Shown piece by piece: positions 7,822 to 20,992 of a stretch of 64,000 bases of DNA. Each line of letters starts with the position of its first letter. Position 1 is the stretch's first letter. The DNA comes from Lingula anatina (Eukaryota > Animalia > Brachiopoda), in contig CM120646.1 in the NCBI GenBank assembly GCA_051362555.1, positions 868,001 through 932,000 of the forward strand, read 5' to 3'. The notes under the pieces were generated by a model. The model did no database searches. It was not told where the DNA came from and saw only the letters and a list, made by a program, of their open reading frames with translations. The position numbers were made by a program, and so were the translations under genes.

Positions 7822-10800
7822 ATGGAAGACATGTTACGTATAGGTATGCGCAACATAAGAGGTCTAGCAAACAAGCTTAATGATGAAAACTTTATCTCCA
7901 CTGTGGAAAGTTATGATATTTTTGTATGTGTGGAAACTTTTTCAACTGAAAGGTCAAAAGTTGTCTTGCCTACTGGCTCACATGCCCACTTCCTTAAAGT
8001 TAGAAGAAAAAAGAAAGTTAGAGGTAGACCTTCAGGTGGAATTGTGATATACTATAAGAAAGAGTTCCGAGATGCAATCAAGATGTTTAATAGTAAGAGT
8101 GAGAACTTGTTGTGGATTAGACTGTCTGGTAAACATTTTGGACTGCAAAATGATATATTTCTCTGTGCAGTATACATAAAACCAAGCAATTCTCCATCTG
8201 ATGAAGCAACTTTTGATATACTAGAGGAAGAAATTGCACAGTTTAAAGCCCTGGGCTCAGTTTGCTTGTTAGGTGACTTTAATGCCAGAACAGGGATGTT
8301 GCAAGACTTTGTGAAAGATGATAATATGATTGGTCCTATGCCTGACAGCCGCATCAGTGACAGGAACTTAAAGCCTAGAAATAACCTAGACAGTGTGGTG
8401 AATCCCCAGGGAAGAACCCTACTAGAACTGTGCATTAGTAGTAACTTGTGTATTCTAAATGGTAGAATACGAGGCAATTCTTTAGGATATTTCACCTGTT
8501 ACAACACAAAGGGTTGCAGCACAGTAGATTACGCTATTGTTAGTGATGGGCTTTTGAGCAAAATCAAATATTTTACAGTACATCCAATAGATTACTTATC
8601 AGATCACTGCAGGTTAGATCTGACATTACAAATAACAGGTTTCAAACAGTCTGCACAAACACAGCAAGTAAAGGGATTCAGTGACCGCTACATTTGGGAG
8701 TCAAACTCACGTGAAAAGTTCATAGAGGCCCTAGAAAATGAGACAATGATGAATGACATTTGCTCCCTGCAACTTACCAATTTCCCTGCTACAAAAGAAG
8801 GTGTGCACAATGCATGCAATTCACTTACAAACATCTTGGAAAAGGCTGCTAAATCATCCTTGCGTATTAAGAAGCGAACTGAAAATAAGCCTAAAAAAAG
8901 ACCTAATAGAACGAGAAAACAACCGTGGTTTGACGGCACTTGTGCTGAAATACGACGAAATGTAAAGTACCTAGGCAAACTTCTTCATAATAACCCAAAA
9001 AATAACTTCATTTCTTGCACATACCATGAAGTTGCAAAAAAGTATAAACAAGTAATTAAACAAAAGAAACATAACCACAAAAATGCACTCTTAAATGACC
9101 TGTTAAACCTTGAAGAAAATAACCCCAAAGCATTTTGGCAAACCCTTAAAAAACTAAACCATGATAAAGAACAGCAAAACTTAATTAGCCCAGATACATG
9201 GTTTAGCCACTTCTACCATTTGTGTGGGATCCCTCCTGAAGGTGACCATGCCTTAGATAATGAAATTAAATCTTATGAAAGCCTACCAGGTGAAGCAGTA
9301 CTTGACAAACCTATTACAGTGAAAGAGGTTAAAAATGCCATTAAATATCTAAAAAATGGGAAATCACCTGGGGAAGACAAGGTGAGAAATGAAATGTTGA
9401 AAGCTGGAGCACAGTATTTTGCAGTTGTGCTCACAAAACTATTTAACATGGTGCTAAATACATCTGAAATCCCTGAATCTTGGAACCTAGGAATTATAAT
9501 CCCGCTTTTTAAATCAGGAGAACATATGAACCCTGAAAACTATAGAGGCCTCTGCATAACTAGTTGCTTAGGGAAATTATTTAATTCAGTTTTAGCACAC
9601 AGGCTCATCCAACATATTAACAATGAAAACAAATTAAGTGAAGAACAAGCAGGCTTCAGGCCAGGTTATAGAACAACAGATCATATCTTTACTTTGAAAT
9701 CACTAGTCAACAGGTATCTCAATCAAAACAAAAAGCTGTATGCCTGTTTCATTGACATGAGAAAAGCCTTTGATTCAGTATGGCACAAGGGACTATTACT
9801 GAAATTACTTAAACTCGGGATTAGGGGGAAATTCTACCGTGTCATAAAAAGCATGTATAGTAACACCAGATTAGGCATCTCGGTAGGTTTAGGTTACACT
9901 ACCCCATTTCTATCAAGATTAGGAATCCGCCAAGGAGATAACCTTAGTCCCACTCTCTTTAATTTATACATGGATGACCTCAAGGAGGCTTTCCTTTCTT
10001 GCAACCAGCCCGGTGCAATTAATGGACTGAATCACATCTTGTATGCTGACGACCTTGTCCTAATATCGGCATCCAGAGATGGTCTACAAAATAAACTAAC
10101 GACACTGCAAGCTTACTGTAAAAAGTGGAAACTAAACATAAATGAAAAAAAGTCCAAGATCATGATATTTAATAAAAAAGGAAAATTAGACTCTGCAACA
10201 TCATTTACAATAAATAATATAGCCATTGAATCAGTAAAAGAGTACAATTATCTGGGTTTAACCTTTACAAATACAGGTTCAATGAAAAAAGCAATTGAAA
10301 ATTTAAAGAAAAAGGCTCTAAAAGCAACTTTTGCTCTTAAAACAGCCCTGTCCTCAAACAAGATAACATCTCCCACACTCAACTTAAAACTTTTTGACAA
10401 AACCATCAAGCCCATCTTACTATATGGATGTGAAGTTTGGTCTGAAGAAATATTCAAGGAAAAACAAATGTCTCTTACAAAACTAAATAAATTTCCTTTT
10501 GAACAACTACATCTAAAAATGTGCAAATGGGCACTAGGTGTACGAAAAAATGCTATGAACAATGCCTGTAGAGCTGAATTTGGAAGATTTCCACTCTATT
10601 CTGATATTGCAAAACAGACACAGAGATACAGCGCCAGACTCAAAGAGCTACCTTCCAGCAGATTGGTCAAAAACATTTATGAACAGGAGCAAAAAGAAAA
10701 AGGACCCTGTTGGTCTGAATCAATAAGAACATTTATACAGTGTTGGGGTCTGGGTCATAAAACTGATACACAAACACTAGATAACTTTGAAAACCTAAGA

Positions 10801-11250
10801 GATGCTATCAACAATAAAATTGAGGAACTATTTTGGAAAGACCTGGAAAGTGATAACTACAGTAAACTCAGGACATACAGACTACTTAAAAAAACTTACA
10901 CCCCTGAAAAATATCTGTCAATGAAAGTCACCCCATCAGAAATGAAGACTATTGCAAAAATGCGGATTAGTGACCACGAATTAGAAATTGAACGTGGCCG
11001 CTATACATCCCCTAAAACCCCTACTGAAAATCGCAAGTGCCCCCACTGTAATGAAATTGAAACGGAGATCCACTTTTTACTGAAATGTGAAGAACATAGT
11101 GTCAGAAGAATTAGATTAATGATACCTCCTGAGCAGAAAACAGATCATGAAAAAATTCAGTGGCTGCTCAGTCCAAAAAGTGAATTGTGTTTGAGAACAT
11201 TATATCTATATATAACTGAAAGTTTGAAAAAACGACACACCCACCAATAG
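7822..11250 (+). CDS. LINE ORF2p (1142 aa): APE-like endonuclease, reverse transcriptase, C-terminal CCHC-type motif
   Basis: APE motifs NIRGL, VET, GGIVIY, LGDFNAR, TVDY, SDH. RT motifs KSPGED, NYRG, QAGFR, KAFDSV, GIRQGDNLSP, YADD, YLG. C-terminus ISDHELEIERGRY...CPHC....E.HFLLKC. No stops or frameshifts. Confidence 0.97.
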   Translation: MEDMLRIGMRNIRGLANKLNDENFISTVESYDIFVCVETFSTERSKVVLPTGSHAHFLKVRRKKKVRGRPSGGIVIYYKKEFRDAIKMFNSKSENLLWIRLSGKHFGLQNDIFLCAVYIKPSNSPSDEATFDILEEEIAQFKALGSVCLLGDFNARTGMLQDFVKDDNMIGPMPDSRISDRNLKPRNNLDSVVNPQGRTLLELCISSNLCILNGRIRGNSLGYFTCYNTKGCSTVDYAIVSDGLLSKIKYFTVHPIDYLSDHCRLDLTLQITGFKQSAQTQQVKGFSDRYIWESNSREKFIEALENETMMNDICSLQLTNFPATKEGVHNACNSLTNILEKAAKSSLRIKKRTENKPKKRPNRTRKQPWFDGTCAEIRRNVKYLGKLLHNNPKNNFISCTYHEVAKKYKQVIKQKKHNHKNALLNDLLNLEENNPKAFWQTLKKLNHDKEQQNLISPDTWFSHFYHLCGIPPEGDHALDNEIKSYESLPGEAVLDKPITVKEVKNAIKYLKNGKSPGEDKVRNEMLKAGAQYFAVVLTKLFNMVLNTSEIPESWNLGIIIPLFKSGEHMNPENYRGLCITSCLGKLFNSVLAHRLIQHINNENKLSEEQAGFRPGYRTTDHIFTLKSLVNRYLNQNKKLYACFIDMRKAFDSVWHKGLLLKLLKLGIRGKFYRVIKSMYSNTRLGISVGLGYTTPFLSRLGIRQGDNLSPTLFNLYMDDLKEAFLSCNQPGAINGLNHILYADDLVLISASRDGLQNKLTTLQAYCKKWKLNINEKKSKIMIFNKKGKLDSATSFTINNIAIESVKEYNYLGLTFTNTGSMKKAIENLKKKALKATFALKTALSSNKITSPTLNLKLFDKTIKPILLYGCEVWSEEIFKEKQMSLTKLNKFPFEQLHLKMCKWALGVRKNAMNNACRAEFGRFPLYSDIAKQTQRYSARLKELPSSRLVKNIYEQEQKEKGPCWSESIRTFIQCWGLGHKTDTQTLDNFENLRDAINNKIEELFWKDLESDNYSKLRTYRLLKKTYTPEKYLSMKVTPSEMKTIAKMRISDHELEIERGRYTSPKTPTENRKCPHCNEIETEIHFLLKCEEHSVRRIRLMIPPEQKTDHEKIQWLLSPKSELCLRTLYLYITESLKKRHTHQ

Positions 11251-11497
11251 CAATAGTCGTTTTATTCTGTGCTGCTTCCCAGTAATCATTCAATAAGTAT
11301 TGTATAGCTTTGTATAATTGTTGCTAAGTTGTTATGACTAGTGTAGAGAGCCTGTAAAATGTAATATGTATGCATTTTAGTGCTCAATAAAGATTATATA
11401 TATTTATTTTAAGACATATATGTGAATATCTTGTGAAAAAACAATCTGTGACCCTAGTAGAAGGTATTAAACCAAATATTATGTAGGCAGGCCACAG

Positions 11498-11717
11498 ATG
11501 AATTATTGTGAGGGTAAGGGGGTCAACAACAGGTTCTACCACTAGTGACACCTAGCGACGTCACTGTAAACTGAAGAATACGTCAGATCTATATCAACAC
11601 TTTTAAAACCGAAACACTATATTATTAAAATGAAAAATCCATTAATTATCAGCTTGAATATGGTTTCGTTTGAAGTCTTAAAGGTTAGCAATACGGAAGG
11701 AAAACAAAAATGAATTT
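11498..11717 (+). repeat. Diverged paralog of the U3 spacer segment 3864-4098 (rest of U3 repeat unit 2)
   Basis: Colinear blocks: ACCACT(G/A)GTGACACC; ACTG(C/A)AGAATA..(G/T)CAGA(A/T)CTAT(T/A)TCAACA; CCATTAATTATC(T/A)GCT; GAAGT(A/C)TTAAAG; GAAAACAAA..GAAT. Confidence 0.8.
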
Positions 11718-12170
11718 GTCACAAGGTCGTGCAAATATCTGTTGTTGATCTCACTATATTTTTCTCATGCAAGTTTTAAATGTCATTACCAGGCATTGTT
11801 TACAGAAGAACTTTGTACGAATTCAAATTCTCAGTTACCAGCAGGTGATCCAGGACCTCAGCTATATTAAAACATTTCCATGTTTATACCCAATAAACCT
11901 TGTGAAACTGACGTCTGTGTACTTCAGTCAACAACCAATTCATCAACTACAAAATAAGTAAAATATAATGTGTACACTGTATGTAGAATCATCATGCGAG
12001 ACCAATGGGACCCTTATGTGATTTAAACGAGTACTACAAGTAATGTGTTGAAACATTGTACTAGTATGTGTACAGTTAGTACATAAGAGAGCACGAGAGT
12101 GTGATTTTAATACTGCGCCAATATGCCCGTGGTGTATTTTTTTTTTATTCTTCATAATAAAATGAAAATG

Positions 12171-12171
<1 letters not shown>

Positions 12172-12213
<42 letters not shown>

Positions 12214-12452
12214 CCTTACTAGTTCGAGGGTCAAACGTGTCCGACCCACTTGTTTATTTCCCCATGGGGAATCTATTCAGCGTCTATTAGCGGATTAGAC
12301 GGCAAGCTTTTTAGTGGGTAGCCATATTTGACCCGTGGGGTAGTTAGTCCATTGCTCTGAATGCGGCCTCTCTGTCACTCCCTCTCTCATTCTCTCTCTC
12401 TCTCCCCCTCTCTCTTTCTCTCTCTCTCCCTCTCTCTTTCTCTCTCTCTCTC
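12172..12452. repeat. (CT)n tracts flanking a MITE
   Basis: (CT)n at 12172-12210 and an interrupted (CT)n at ~12368-12452. Confidence 0.9.
12212..12368 (-). mobile_element. Harbinger/Tourist-like MITE, family A (degraded; opposite orientation to 43014-43190)
   Basis: Interior ATCTATTCAG..TATTAGCGGATTAGACGGCAA is the reverse complement of the interior of the 43014 copy. Confidence 0.75.
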
Positions 12453-12694
12453 AGGCTAAATATACGCATTTATCATAATCATTCACAAAGAGTGGCTAGC
12501 CATTGATGAACTCTTAACTCTGTACAAGAAGACTATTGCAATTATTTGTTTTATTATTATTTAATACTGTAACAGCCAGAGAAGACCTCATGCAGGCAGA
12601 GGTGTCCTTTAATTCTGCTGTCTGAAATACTGGTATCGCCTCGTCCATGCGTATCTCGATCTGTTCACAGTGCACAGTGCTCAAGCTACTATTT

Positions 12695-12870
12695 CTGCAC
12701 GCACAGCAATTTCTAGGGAATTATGATGCTTGGATTTTGTCTTAACTAGTCGTGTCATAATCAAAGAAATCCGGCTCACTCGCTGCCTGCACACCAATTT
12801 CTAGGGAATTATTTTTCTTGGATTTTGTCTTAAGTGATCGTTTCATAACCAAAGACATCCGGCTCATCGG
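12695..12870. repeat. Two-copy tandem duplication, unit about 90 bp
   Basis: CAATTTCTAGGGAATTAT...CTTGGATTTTGTCTTAA...ATCCGGCTCA occurs twice. Confidence 0.85.
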
Positions 12871-15800
12871 CGGTACTTATTATCAACACAGTCGGCGTCA
12901 TCTAGTGGAGACAATAATTAGCCAAGACAGGTGCGACTGGTTTTTGTATAAACTAGAGAATAAGAAAGGAGACTTTTTATTGTGTTTTTCTCATAGCAAG
13001 CAGACCTCTAGGAAGACAAAATAAGACCAATAGGAGATGAAAACCAAGAGCATTGAATGTAAGTAAAGGTCATGGGTTTTGCTATGACATTAAAGGGTTG
13101 TTGGTGCTGTTGGTGGTGGTGATTTGGGGGGGGGGGGGAGGGGGAGGGGGGGTTAAAACCCCCTTAGAGTGAATGAAAGGACGCTAGAATAAGATATTTT
13201 ACAATCGAGTGGGGTAGTGGAGAGGAGCTTGAACTGGGGTGAAAATAATTCCCCCGTCCTTTACATGTAGACAACTGTCTCACAGGACTAATCTGACTTA
13301 TCAAATGCGTGTAAGAGCGGATGAAGATTTGGACGGATTCTCTTGAGGACTGCTGTTATGCGCACTTTATTTTCTCTCCTGGGTAACGCTGAACAATTAA
13401 CCTGCCCCAGAAGCCGCCCAGAACAGCCAGTTGGCTCCGGAGTTCTGTTAATAGATTACTTCGGCAACCTGAGTCACATGTCTACGAGACAAGGAAAATC
13501 AGGCAAATTGAATTTTAACTGGCTCTTTTGTATTTTGAGATTTCCGAGTAAAACCTTGGCGTGGAGGTAAGGAGCCCAAAGGGACACTTTGCACTCAGGT
13601 GCTTCCGATTCTAAATTGAAGGTAATTGCACAAGGAAGATAAATATATAAATTATCGCACAATAACGTATCATTAAGGTAGCTATTATTCCTTTTCATAC
13701 TCAGAAAATAAACTGTTTAATACCTCTTAATAAATAAATAAATAAACCCAAGCACGCATACTCAACGCTCTAGAATCCAAGAAATAAGTGATAAAACGGC
13801 TATTTAGTAACTCGTTTCTCTTTTAAGACTTATTCTTTATTTAATGAGCATCCTCCTCTTCCGTGTTTTTAATTACATAATTCATAACAAACACTCTCCT
13901 GTATATGTGACAGAAATGGTGTTTCTGAAATATGAGAGAGCTTCCTTAAATGAAAGCATTGGTCTGCTTCATACAATTTATCGAATATTATTGCTATTAC
14001 TTTGCTATGACTTGTTTCAGGGTTGCCTAGCGCATTTGAAAAAGAGAGATTAAACATCATAAAAGTAATTCTATCTTTGATATACCTTTTTATCAGTAAA
14101 CAACGGAAGACAAGTGCACTGAATGAGAGCGTTGTGCTGGCCTACTTGTATCAATATTTCATATCATGTCATTGAACATCATTACCTGCTGAACTGTTGT
14201 CTCAAATGTGAATCAAACATTATAAATATAGCTGCCGTTTTAAGTCTCCATAATTTATTATCTATAACACATAAACGGCAAAATTAATGCAAGCCTGCAG
14301 GTGTTTTAAAACTATCACCAGCTGAACCAGCGTTTCGCAATGTTGTGAGTAAATATGCGTTGTCAGCCATTTGTAGCTTAAATCCATTCAACAAAATCTA
14401 AGCACATGTCAAATACCGTTCAATAAATGACCGAAGAAGAAAATGTTCCCAAATGAGATCTAAAACCGAATCAGGTTCATAAGGGACCAATAAAGCAAAG
14501 CGAATTTCCCACCAGAACCAATAGGCGCCAAATTATCTTTGTTGGCCAAAATCCAAAATGGCCGCCAACCTACGCAGTGATGCACATCAGTATATCACCG
14601 GTTTACATGCAAAGAATGTGTAATTTCCAATAGACAAAAATATGTCCATTCATGCGGAGAAGATTTTGTAACTACAGAGATAAAGGTCGTATGAAGACAC
14701 AGAATTGAACCAAAATAGCTTCTGTACCTACCGGATCATCGCACCGGTTACTGTATTTTTACTGAAATGCCATTTCCGAATTTTCTAGCTTTTATCGAGC
14801 AATCAATACTTTAAATTAAATTTTGACTATACCGCTTAACTGAAATGGCAAAGTCAAATCTGCCTACAGAAGTTCAACATTTAGACTTATAAAGACCCCC
14901 CTTAAGGCGCATTTGAACATTAAAAAACACTTGAGATAAACTGTCGCCCAGGGATATGACGCAAAAGTAATGGTCATATTGAAAAGCAGTATTGAAAAAA
15001 AAAACAATAAGAATTGAATAGAAATGGTGTCTTTTTAAGTCTTCTTGTACTAAAGTTAATATTTATACCGAGTTCAGATATCTTAGAATGGGCGTTTTAG
15101 TATTTAGATACGAGTTAGAACATTGGCAACTATATAAGGTTCAGTTGGGCAATCGTTTTTACTATACACTTCGGTCACTCTGCGCTTCAGATTACTTAAT
15201 GTCAATTTTAGTATGCATTGAAAGATTCACCAGATCGGGTCATAAGTTCACCAGCTGAACACAGTTGTTTATAGGAGTTGCTATTAAATTTTAACAAGCT
15301 CCTGGTGTTGTTATAGCCGTACTCGTATATCAAGTTATTCAGCCTTGAATCAGTCAACAACTCGTTATTTGAGTTAATTAGACCAGAGGGCAATGAACCT
15401 TGCATGTTACAGTGCCTCGAGAAGATATTTCTGTCTGTAAAGCGTTAACAGAAGAAACCAAGGACACAATTTCCCTTGGCGCTCACTTCTCGTGCTGATC
15501 GAAGTGGTTCCCACGGTTCCCACAAACTTATTGCATTTCCCGTTAATAAGATTATGTACCCTGTTAGACAAAATCGGGCTAAATACGACTTTCACAATAC
15601 TGAAGATATTATAATGCTCATTTGTCTTCAGCAAAATGTATTCACTTGATTGACGACCTCATTCTTTGCAGAGGTTACGGAGCAATCCCCTACATGCTTC
15701 GTGGTATTTCAACAGGTAAAATGGTACCTTAAGACAATGGCAGTACCATGCTGATCAGCATAAGCGTTAAAGGTGATGCATTCCAGGATATATAACCTTA

Positions 15801-16911
15801 AACTGTTTTGGTCTTAAATATGACCGTTAGTCAAATAATAAACAGATGATATTTGTCATAAGCCACCCTTTTGTCAGGGGTGTGTTGAGAGTGGCCCTTC
15901 AAAGATGCACTTTAAGACCTTTTGTTTTTGTCCATTTGTCAACTGAGAACTGGAATTTAACTAAGTCCAAGTAAAGAATGCCGAACTTGGTTTTGCAAGG
16001 CAATAAGTTCCACGCAAAGTCAACTCGGCGACACTTGTGAGATCCTCCTTGTTTCCAACGTGCAAGTTTTATTGACAGCTTTTTTTTTTTTTTTTGGTAT
16101 TCTACTCAATGCGTTAATCTGTGAATCTGATTGCATTCAGCGAGAGTGCCCTCGGAGTAAGATCGAACTACCTGGTACGCTAGTTTCACTGTGAACGCAC
16201 CCCATTGTCGAGGACACGAACTTTGCAGCTACACGACTACACGATGTTTGCGGTAAACTATTCATTCACTGTTCGTGTTAATGTTAGTTATGTGACGAGG
16301 CTGTCTGTTACCCGATAAACTTTTTGCAAAACCGAGTGAATTTGATATTGTTGGTAATGTAAACGTGAGATGACATATAGTAAAACGCAACTTTTTAGAA
16401 CTTTTTAAAGATCTCAGTCACATAATGTGGTGTGACAGCGAAGTAATTTCGTGCTGACAGGCTCGACTTTGATTTATTTCTCCGTGGAGAATGTAGAATA
16501 TAATTTTTAAGATAAATGGCTTTCTCAGAAGCAGAGAAACTATGGTTAGGCGAATAACGTCAACAAATCACGCGAAAGGTTTATTTTTTTGCGTCATTTA
16601 TTTGTTTCTAGACAAATATAACTGGTTTTTCTTTGTGGTATGTAACCACTTTTTTACCTTTGATGAAACCATATCAAGTTTTGGTTTAAATGGTAGTGCC
16701 AAATTATTTTTATGTTATCTAACAAATTATGTATTTGTAAAAACTACTTTTCCGATCTTCACTGCTTGCAGTTAAATTGAAAGGAAATACTAAATGGGAT
16801 CCTTTGATCTTCGATCAAAATGTCCATCGCGGGAGATCATTTTAATCATTGTTGAGTTAGGCAACTTTCTAAGAAGCTAATTACAAGATGATACCTTAGC
16901 GGCGTCACAGA

Positions 16912-17185
16912 ACGAATATATTCCCCTACATAATCCTCTTACTGATTGGAGTTTATTCCCCTACATAATCCTCTAGCTGATTGGTCACTAGCTACGCACA
17001 TTGCTGTCCTGTTAGATTTCCTTCACGTCATTATTCCCCTGGTCTCAGGTATATGAAGTCCCCAACGTCATAGAACGAGTTTATTTCCCTACATAATCCT
17101 CTTGTTGACTGGTCACTAGCTGTGAACATTGCTGCCCTGTGAGGATTCCTTCACGTCATCACTCTCCTGGTCTCAGGTATATGAT
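16912..17185. repeat. Imperfect tandem repeat (two ~130 bp units plus a partial unit)
   Basis: CCCTACATAATCCTCT three times; GGTCACTAGCT...CCTTCACGTCAT...CCTGGTCTCAGGTATATGA twice. Confidence 0.85.
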
Positions 17186-20100
17186 GTAATGGTGTGGCCA
17201 AAATTGGAGACATCTTCCCGATGTCTGGTTTGTTTTAGTTAGTACGGACAGAGCAGCAATAGAAGATTTGATTTATCATTGTCAAAATTAAACTAGATCT
17301 TTTGTCATTGATTAGCAATGTGTAATTTGGATATGCTTAGATGTGTTAAAGAACTTTGAGGTTATTTACTGTAGTAAGAGACGACGGCAGTAAGCTTAGG
17401 ACTCATTCCCGATAAAACTGTCATTCTATGTAGATCAGTCCAACTCCACGGGAACCCTCGCTTAATGGAGTCAGATTAAACCACAGCTTCTTGTAGTCTT
17501 TAAGGTGTCTCTCAATATCGTTTCAAAACATTTCCATTTTTGCTAGTGTAATTTCTGTTTATAGATTTTCTTAAAGGAAGTATAAAAATAAATTTTGAAG
17601 ACCGTTAACCACACTAAATGTACCAAATTTTCCTAAGTCGTCAGTAACAAGCACAACTTTTTGTCTTTCGGAACAATATAATATTTAACCGCGAAACCCA
17701 TTTGGGTGAAATGCTTGGAACGAACGTAAAAGTGAAAGTTGACACTGTGGTTAAAGGTTAAAGGTTTTAAAACTTTTTGAAAACTTCTCACAAGTACAAG
17801 TTCTTCCTGAGATCGGGAGGATTTATCTGGCACTTGCTAGATGAGGTGTTTGGGGTGAGCAGGGTGCGACCTTTAAGTCACAGCATGAGAACACATTTAT
17901 GTTGGACGTCAGGGGCAGTTTAGAGTTATTTCTGGGTGGCTTTATTGGTATAAATAGGACAGTTTACCTTTACAAGATACAAATGACTGATAGCTAAGGA
18001 CTAAATATCCCGAACTAATTTTGATAAATAGCCGCATTAAAGGATGTCCTCAATGTTTACGATGATCGAAACATTTACATGAAACCGAATCTTGCTTATG
18101 AGCACTTTGGATATTGCTGTTATATGAGCATTAATCTGAAATTGCAAAATGGAAGTCTGATGCATGCGCTTCTATGGTAGTATTGTCCTATCGGTATGTA
18201 AGTGAAGTATATATATATTTTAATTATTAAAAATAGATAGGTGATTAATTAAAGAGGGGGTTCCACATTGTTTTCCTTTAAAATTCAGTGCAGAGCAACA
18301 TGCACGATTGCCTCCAATGGGATCTACTGTCACAAAAGTAAAGTTTAAAGAAAGCAAGAAAGTGGTCTAAGGGAATGTTTATACCTTAGCATTTTTAAAA
18401 GTCTGAATTAATTGATTGTCGTTAAGTTAAAGGAAACGACAGAAAACTTAAGAATATAGACATATGGTGTCTTTTGTTTCTGCATTAATAATTACTTCGA
18501 ACGGCTTCTCTAATCCGAACTTTCAAATGATAGACCATCATTATCGTTAGTGCAGCTATAATACAATATTGTTTGATGAAATACCACCCAATGTAATAAA
18601 GCAGATAACTAAGATAATTTCATTCTTCCTGTTTCAATCTAGGTCTCTCCTTTTTATCGCTACAACTTTGTTAATATCCACAGAACGCCCAAGGCTAAAA
18701 ACTTAATAATTTTTCCCTGTGCTTATTTCGCAAGACTACGTCAAGGTCATCACAGGCCTTTGACAACTGGATCAGTCAATATCATTTTTCTATCAAAGGC
18801 TATGGCCACTTGCCTCTGGTGCGACGACGTCTCATACAAAATTATCGATTGTCCGCCCTGAGACTTGATGGGCAAGCCACGAGCAACAGTGAAACAGTCT
18901 TTGAAATGATGATATATCTACTCATAATATTTTCCCAGTAATTGTCCTTTATGAATAATCACCTTAATATTTATTTAACTGTTTTCCTTTCCACCCCAGA
19001 GAAATACCTATCTCTGGACCTCCGTCAGAGCGAAGACGGCGTCGTCTCTCTTTTATCTCCGGTATAAGAAAGAAGCACTTCGGAAGAAGAAGTCATTACA
19101 AATTAAGATCGATTATCGTTTCATTTCTGATACCAAAGGATGCATGAATGCTACCGATATATCACTGTAGGTGATCCATCAAGACCGTATGAAATTGAGA
19201 GCAGTGAGGCCTTCAAACCAAAGAGCAACGGTGCCTGTATTGGTAATGATTTGGTATCTTTTACTGAACTGGGAATTTTTTAGAAGAATAATTGTTTTTC
19301 TTTTTTAAAAAATTCCCTTCTATTATTTTTTTTTTTTGGGGGGGGGGGGGGGAGCACAAAGATCTGGATACCTGATCGGTGATCGAAGGATAGGGATCTA
19401 TAACACCACCCAAATATATCTTTTTCTCCCTAGGGAGGAACCTTAATTGGCATTTCTGCTAAACGGAGTTTACAGCCCCGCTTCAGAAATTCTTGTACCT
19501 CTAATTCCCAAATCACTCCACTTATTCAGTAATTGCCGGAGCTCTGTCCCAAACATCCACCACCCCGGGGATCTCGGTGACGAGGCTAGATCACAAGAGT
19601 ATTCGAGGTCACCGTGAGAACTCCCGCTTCTGTGGTACCCAAGCCAGTCTGTCGTTATCTGACCTAAGATGACCCGAGCCGCCATTGTGCAGGACTCCCA
19701 TCAGGTCACTCTGAGATAATTTAAGACCGAAAATGTAATTTCAACCCGGAGGAGTTAGTGGTAGTTTTAGTAGAAGGCCTGTAATGAGGACGTGCGGAAA
19801 TTGGAGCTGCTTCCCAAAGGTAAAACAATAATGCAAGTGTTTCATGCAGCCCAACATTTATTTGATTACTTTAATATGAGTTGACTACTGAATCGCAGTA
19901 CATGTAGACTACCGTATATTGTTTGTAATTAAGGTTTACATTTAGAGCTTGACCTTTACACAGTGAAAACATTATTGTTCTGGATGTTTCAAAAGTTCAA
20001 CTGTAAACGCCAGGGTATTCCATATTCAAAATCGTTCATAAAGTTCACGGATGAAGTCTGGGTAGACGCCGAAATATTGAAATACTTGTAATTACTGAGT

Positions 20101-20395
20101 TGTTCGAAGAATCTGTTTTTGATAGATAGACGGATAGATAAATAGCTGGAGATTTTTTTACTTTCAGTTTCGTGACACGATCAATAATTTTGATTTTTAC
20201 CGATTGGTTGAGAAACAATGAAAGCAATAATTCCTATGATCCGACCTGTTAGTCAACTCACTCCGCCATCTTGGGTTTCCATTGCCCCTATATGCGCAAG
20301 ATACATTATGAAGAAGTTCTCAGCCTTTCTAATTTATTTTCAATTTACTTAAAAATCCGTGATCTTGGCACAAAGCAGTTTTTTTCCTTTGTGCA

Positions 20396-20537
20396 TTTTG
20401 CAGCAAATTTGCTGCAATATGGTTGAAGATCAGCAGCAATAATAGTCTTGCAAACTCTTGCAAACTCGTTGCCGCAAAATTTCATTTGCAGCAATATTGG
20501 GGCAGTGCTGCTACAAACGTTTCATTTTGCTAAGGGT
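20396..20537. mobile_element. TTGC(A)/GCAAA-rich repeat remnant ending TTTTCATTTTGCTAAGGG; same family as 25460-25700
   Basis: Shared terminus and internal TTGCAAAC/GCAGCAAA units; resembles the subterminal-repeat-rich end of a DNA transposon. Confidence 0.55.
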
Positions 20538-20657
20538 TATCAGTTTCAGTCACATTATGCATTCTGTGAACTTTCAACGACTGGTTTTTCTAACAAGTGA
20601 CACGTTTTGTTTATCTTCTCTTACTTAAGTATGCGCATTCTTTGATATAGATGCTAA

Positions 20658-20992
20658 AGAACAAAGTACATTTGAAATTCCCTTGGCACTTTATCTGATA
20701 TAGTTTCATGTATGTGGGGAATTTGCTGATAAAGTACAAAAATGTGTAAGCGAGCACAACATGTAAAATTACTATAGAACAATGTACGTTTGGATTTCCT
20801 TTGGCACTTTATCTGATATAGTTTCATGTATGTGGGAAATTGGCTGATTGAGTACAAAAATGTGTAAGCGAGCACAACATGTAAAATTACTATAGAACAA
20901 TGTACGTTTGGATTTCCTTGGGCACTTTATCTGATATAGTTTCATGTATGTGGGAATTGGCGGATTGAGTACAAAAAATGTATAAGCGAGCA
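20658..20992. repeat. 118-bp minisatellite, about 2.9 copies
   Basis: AGAACAA.GTAC begins at 20658, 20776 and 20894; units are highly similar. Confidence 0.92.

Larger units (their letters stand above)
4865..11410 (+). mobile_element. Full-length two-ORF non-LTR retrotransposon (LINE), RTE group, probably RTEX clade
   Basis: Two intact co-oriented ORFs, A-rich sense strand, short 3' UTR with AATAAA (11386-11391) then a short TA/TATT tail. 5' end near CAAGATGGCCG. Candidate imperfect TSD ATTT(C/T)AAGA at 4861-4869 and 11406-11414. Clade is inferred from motifs, not from a phylogeny. Confidence 0.9.
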
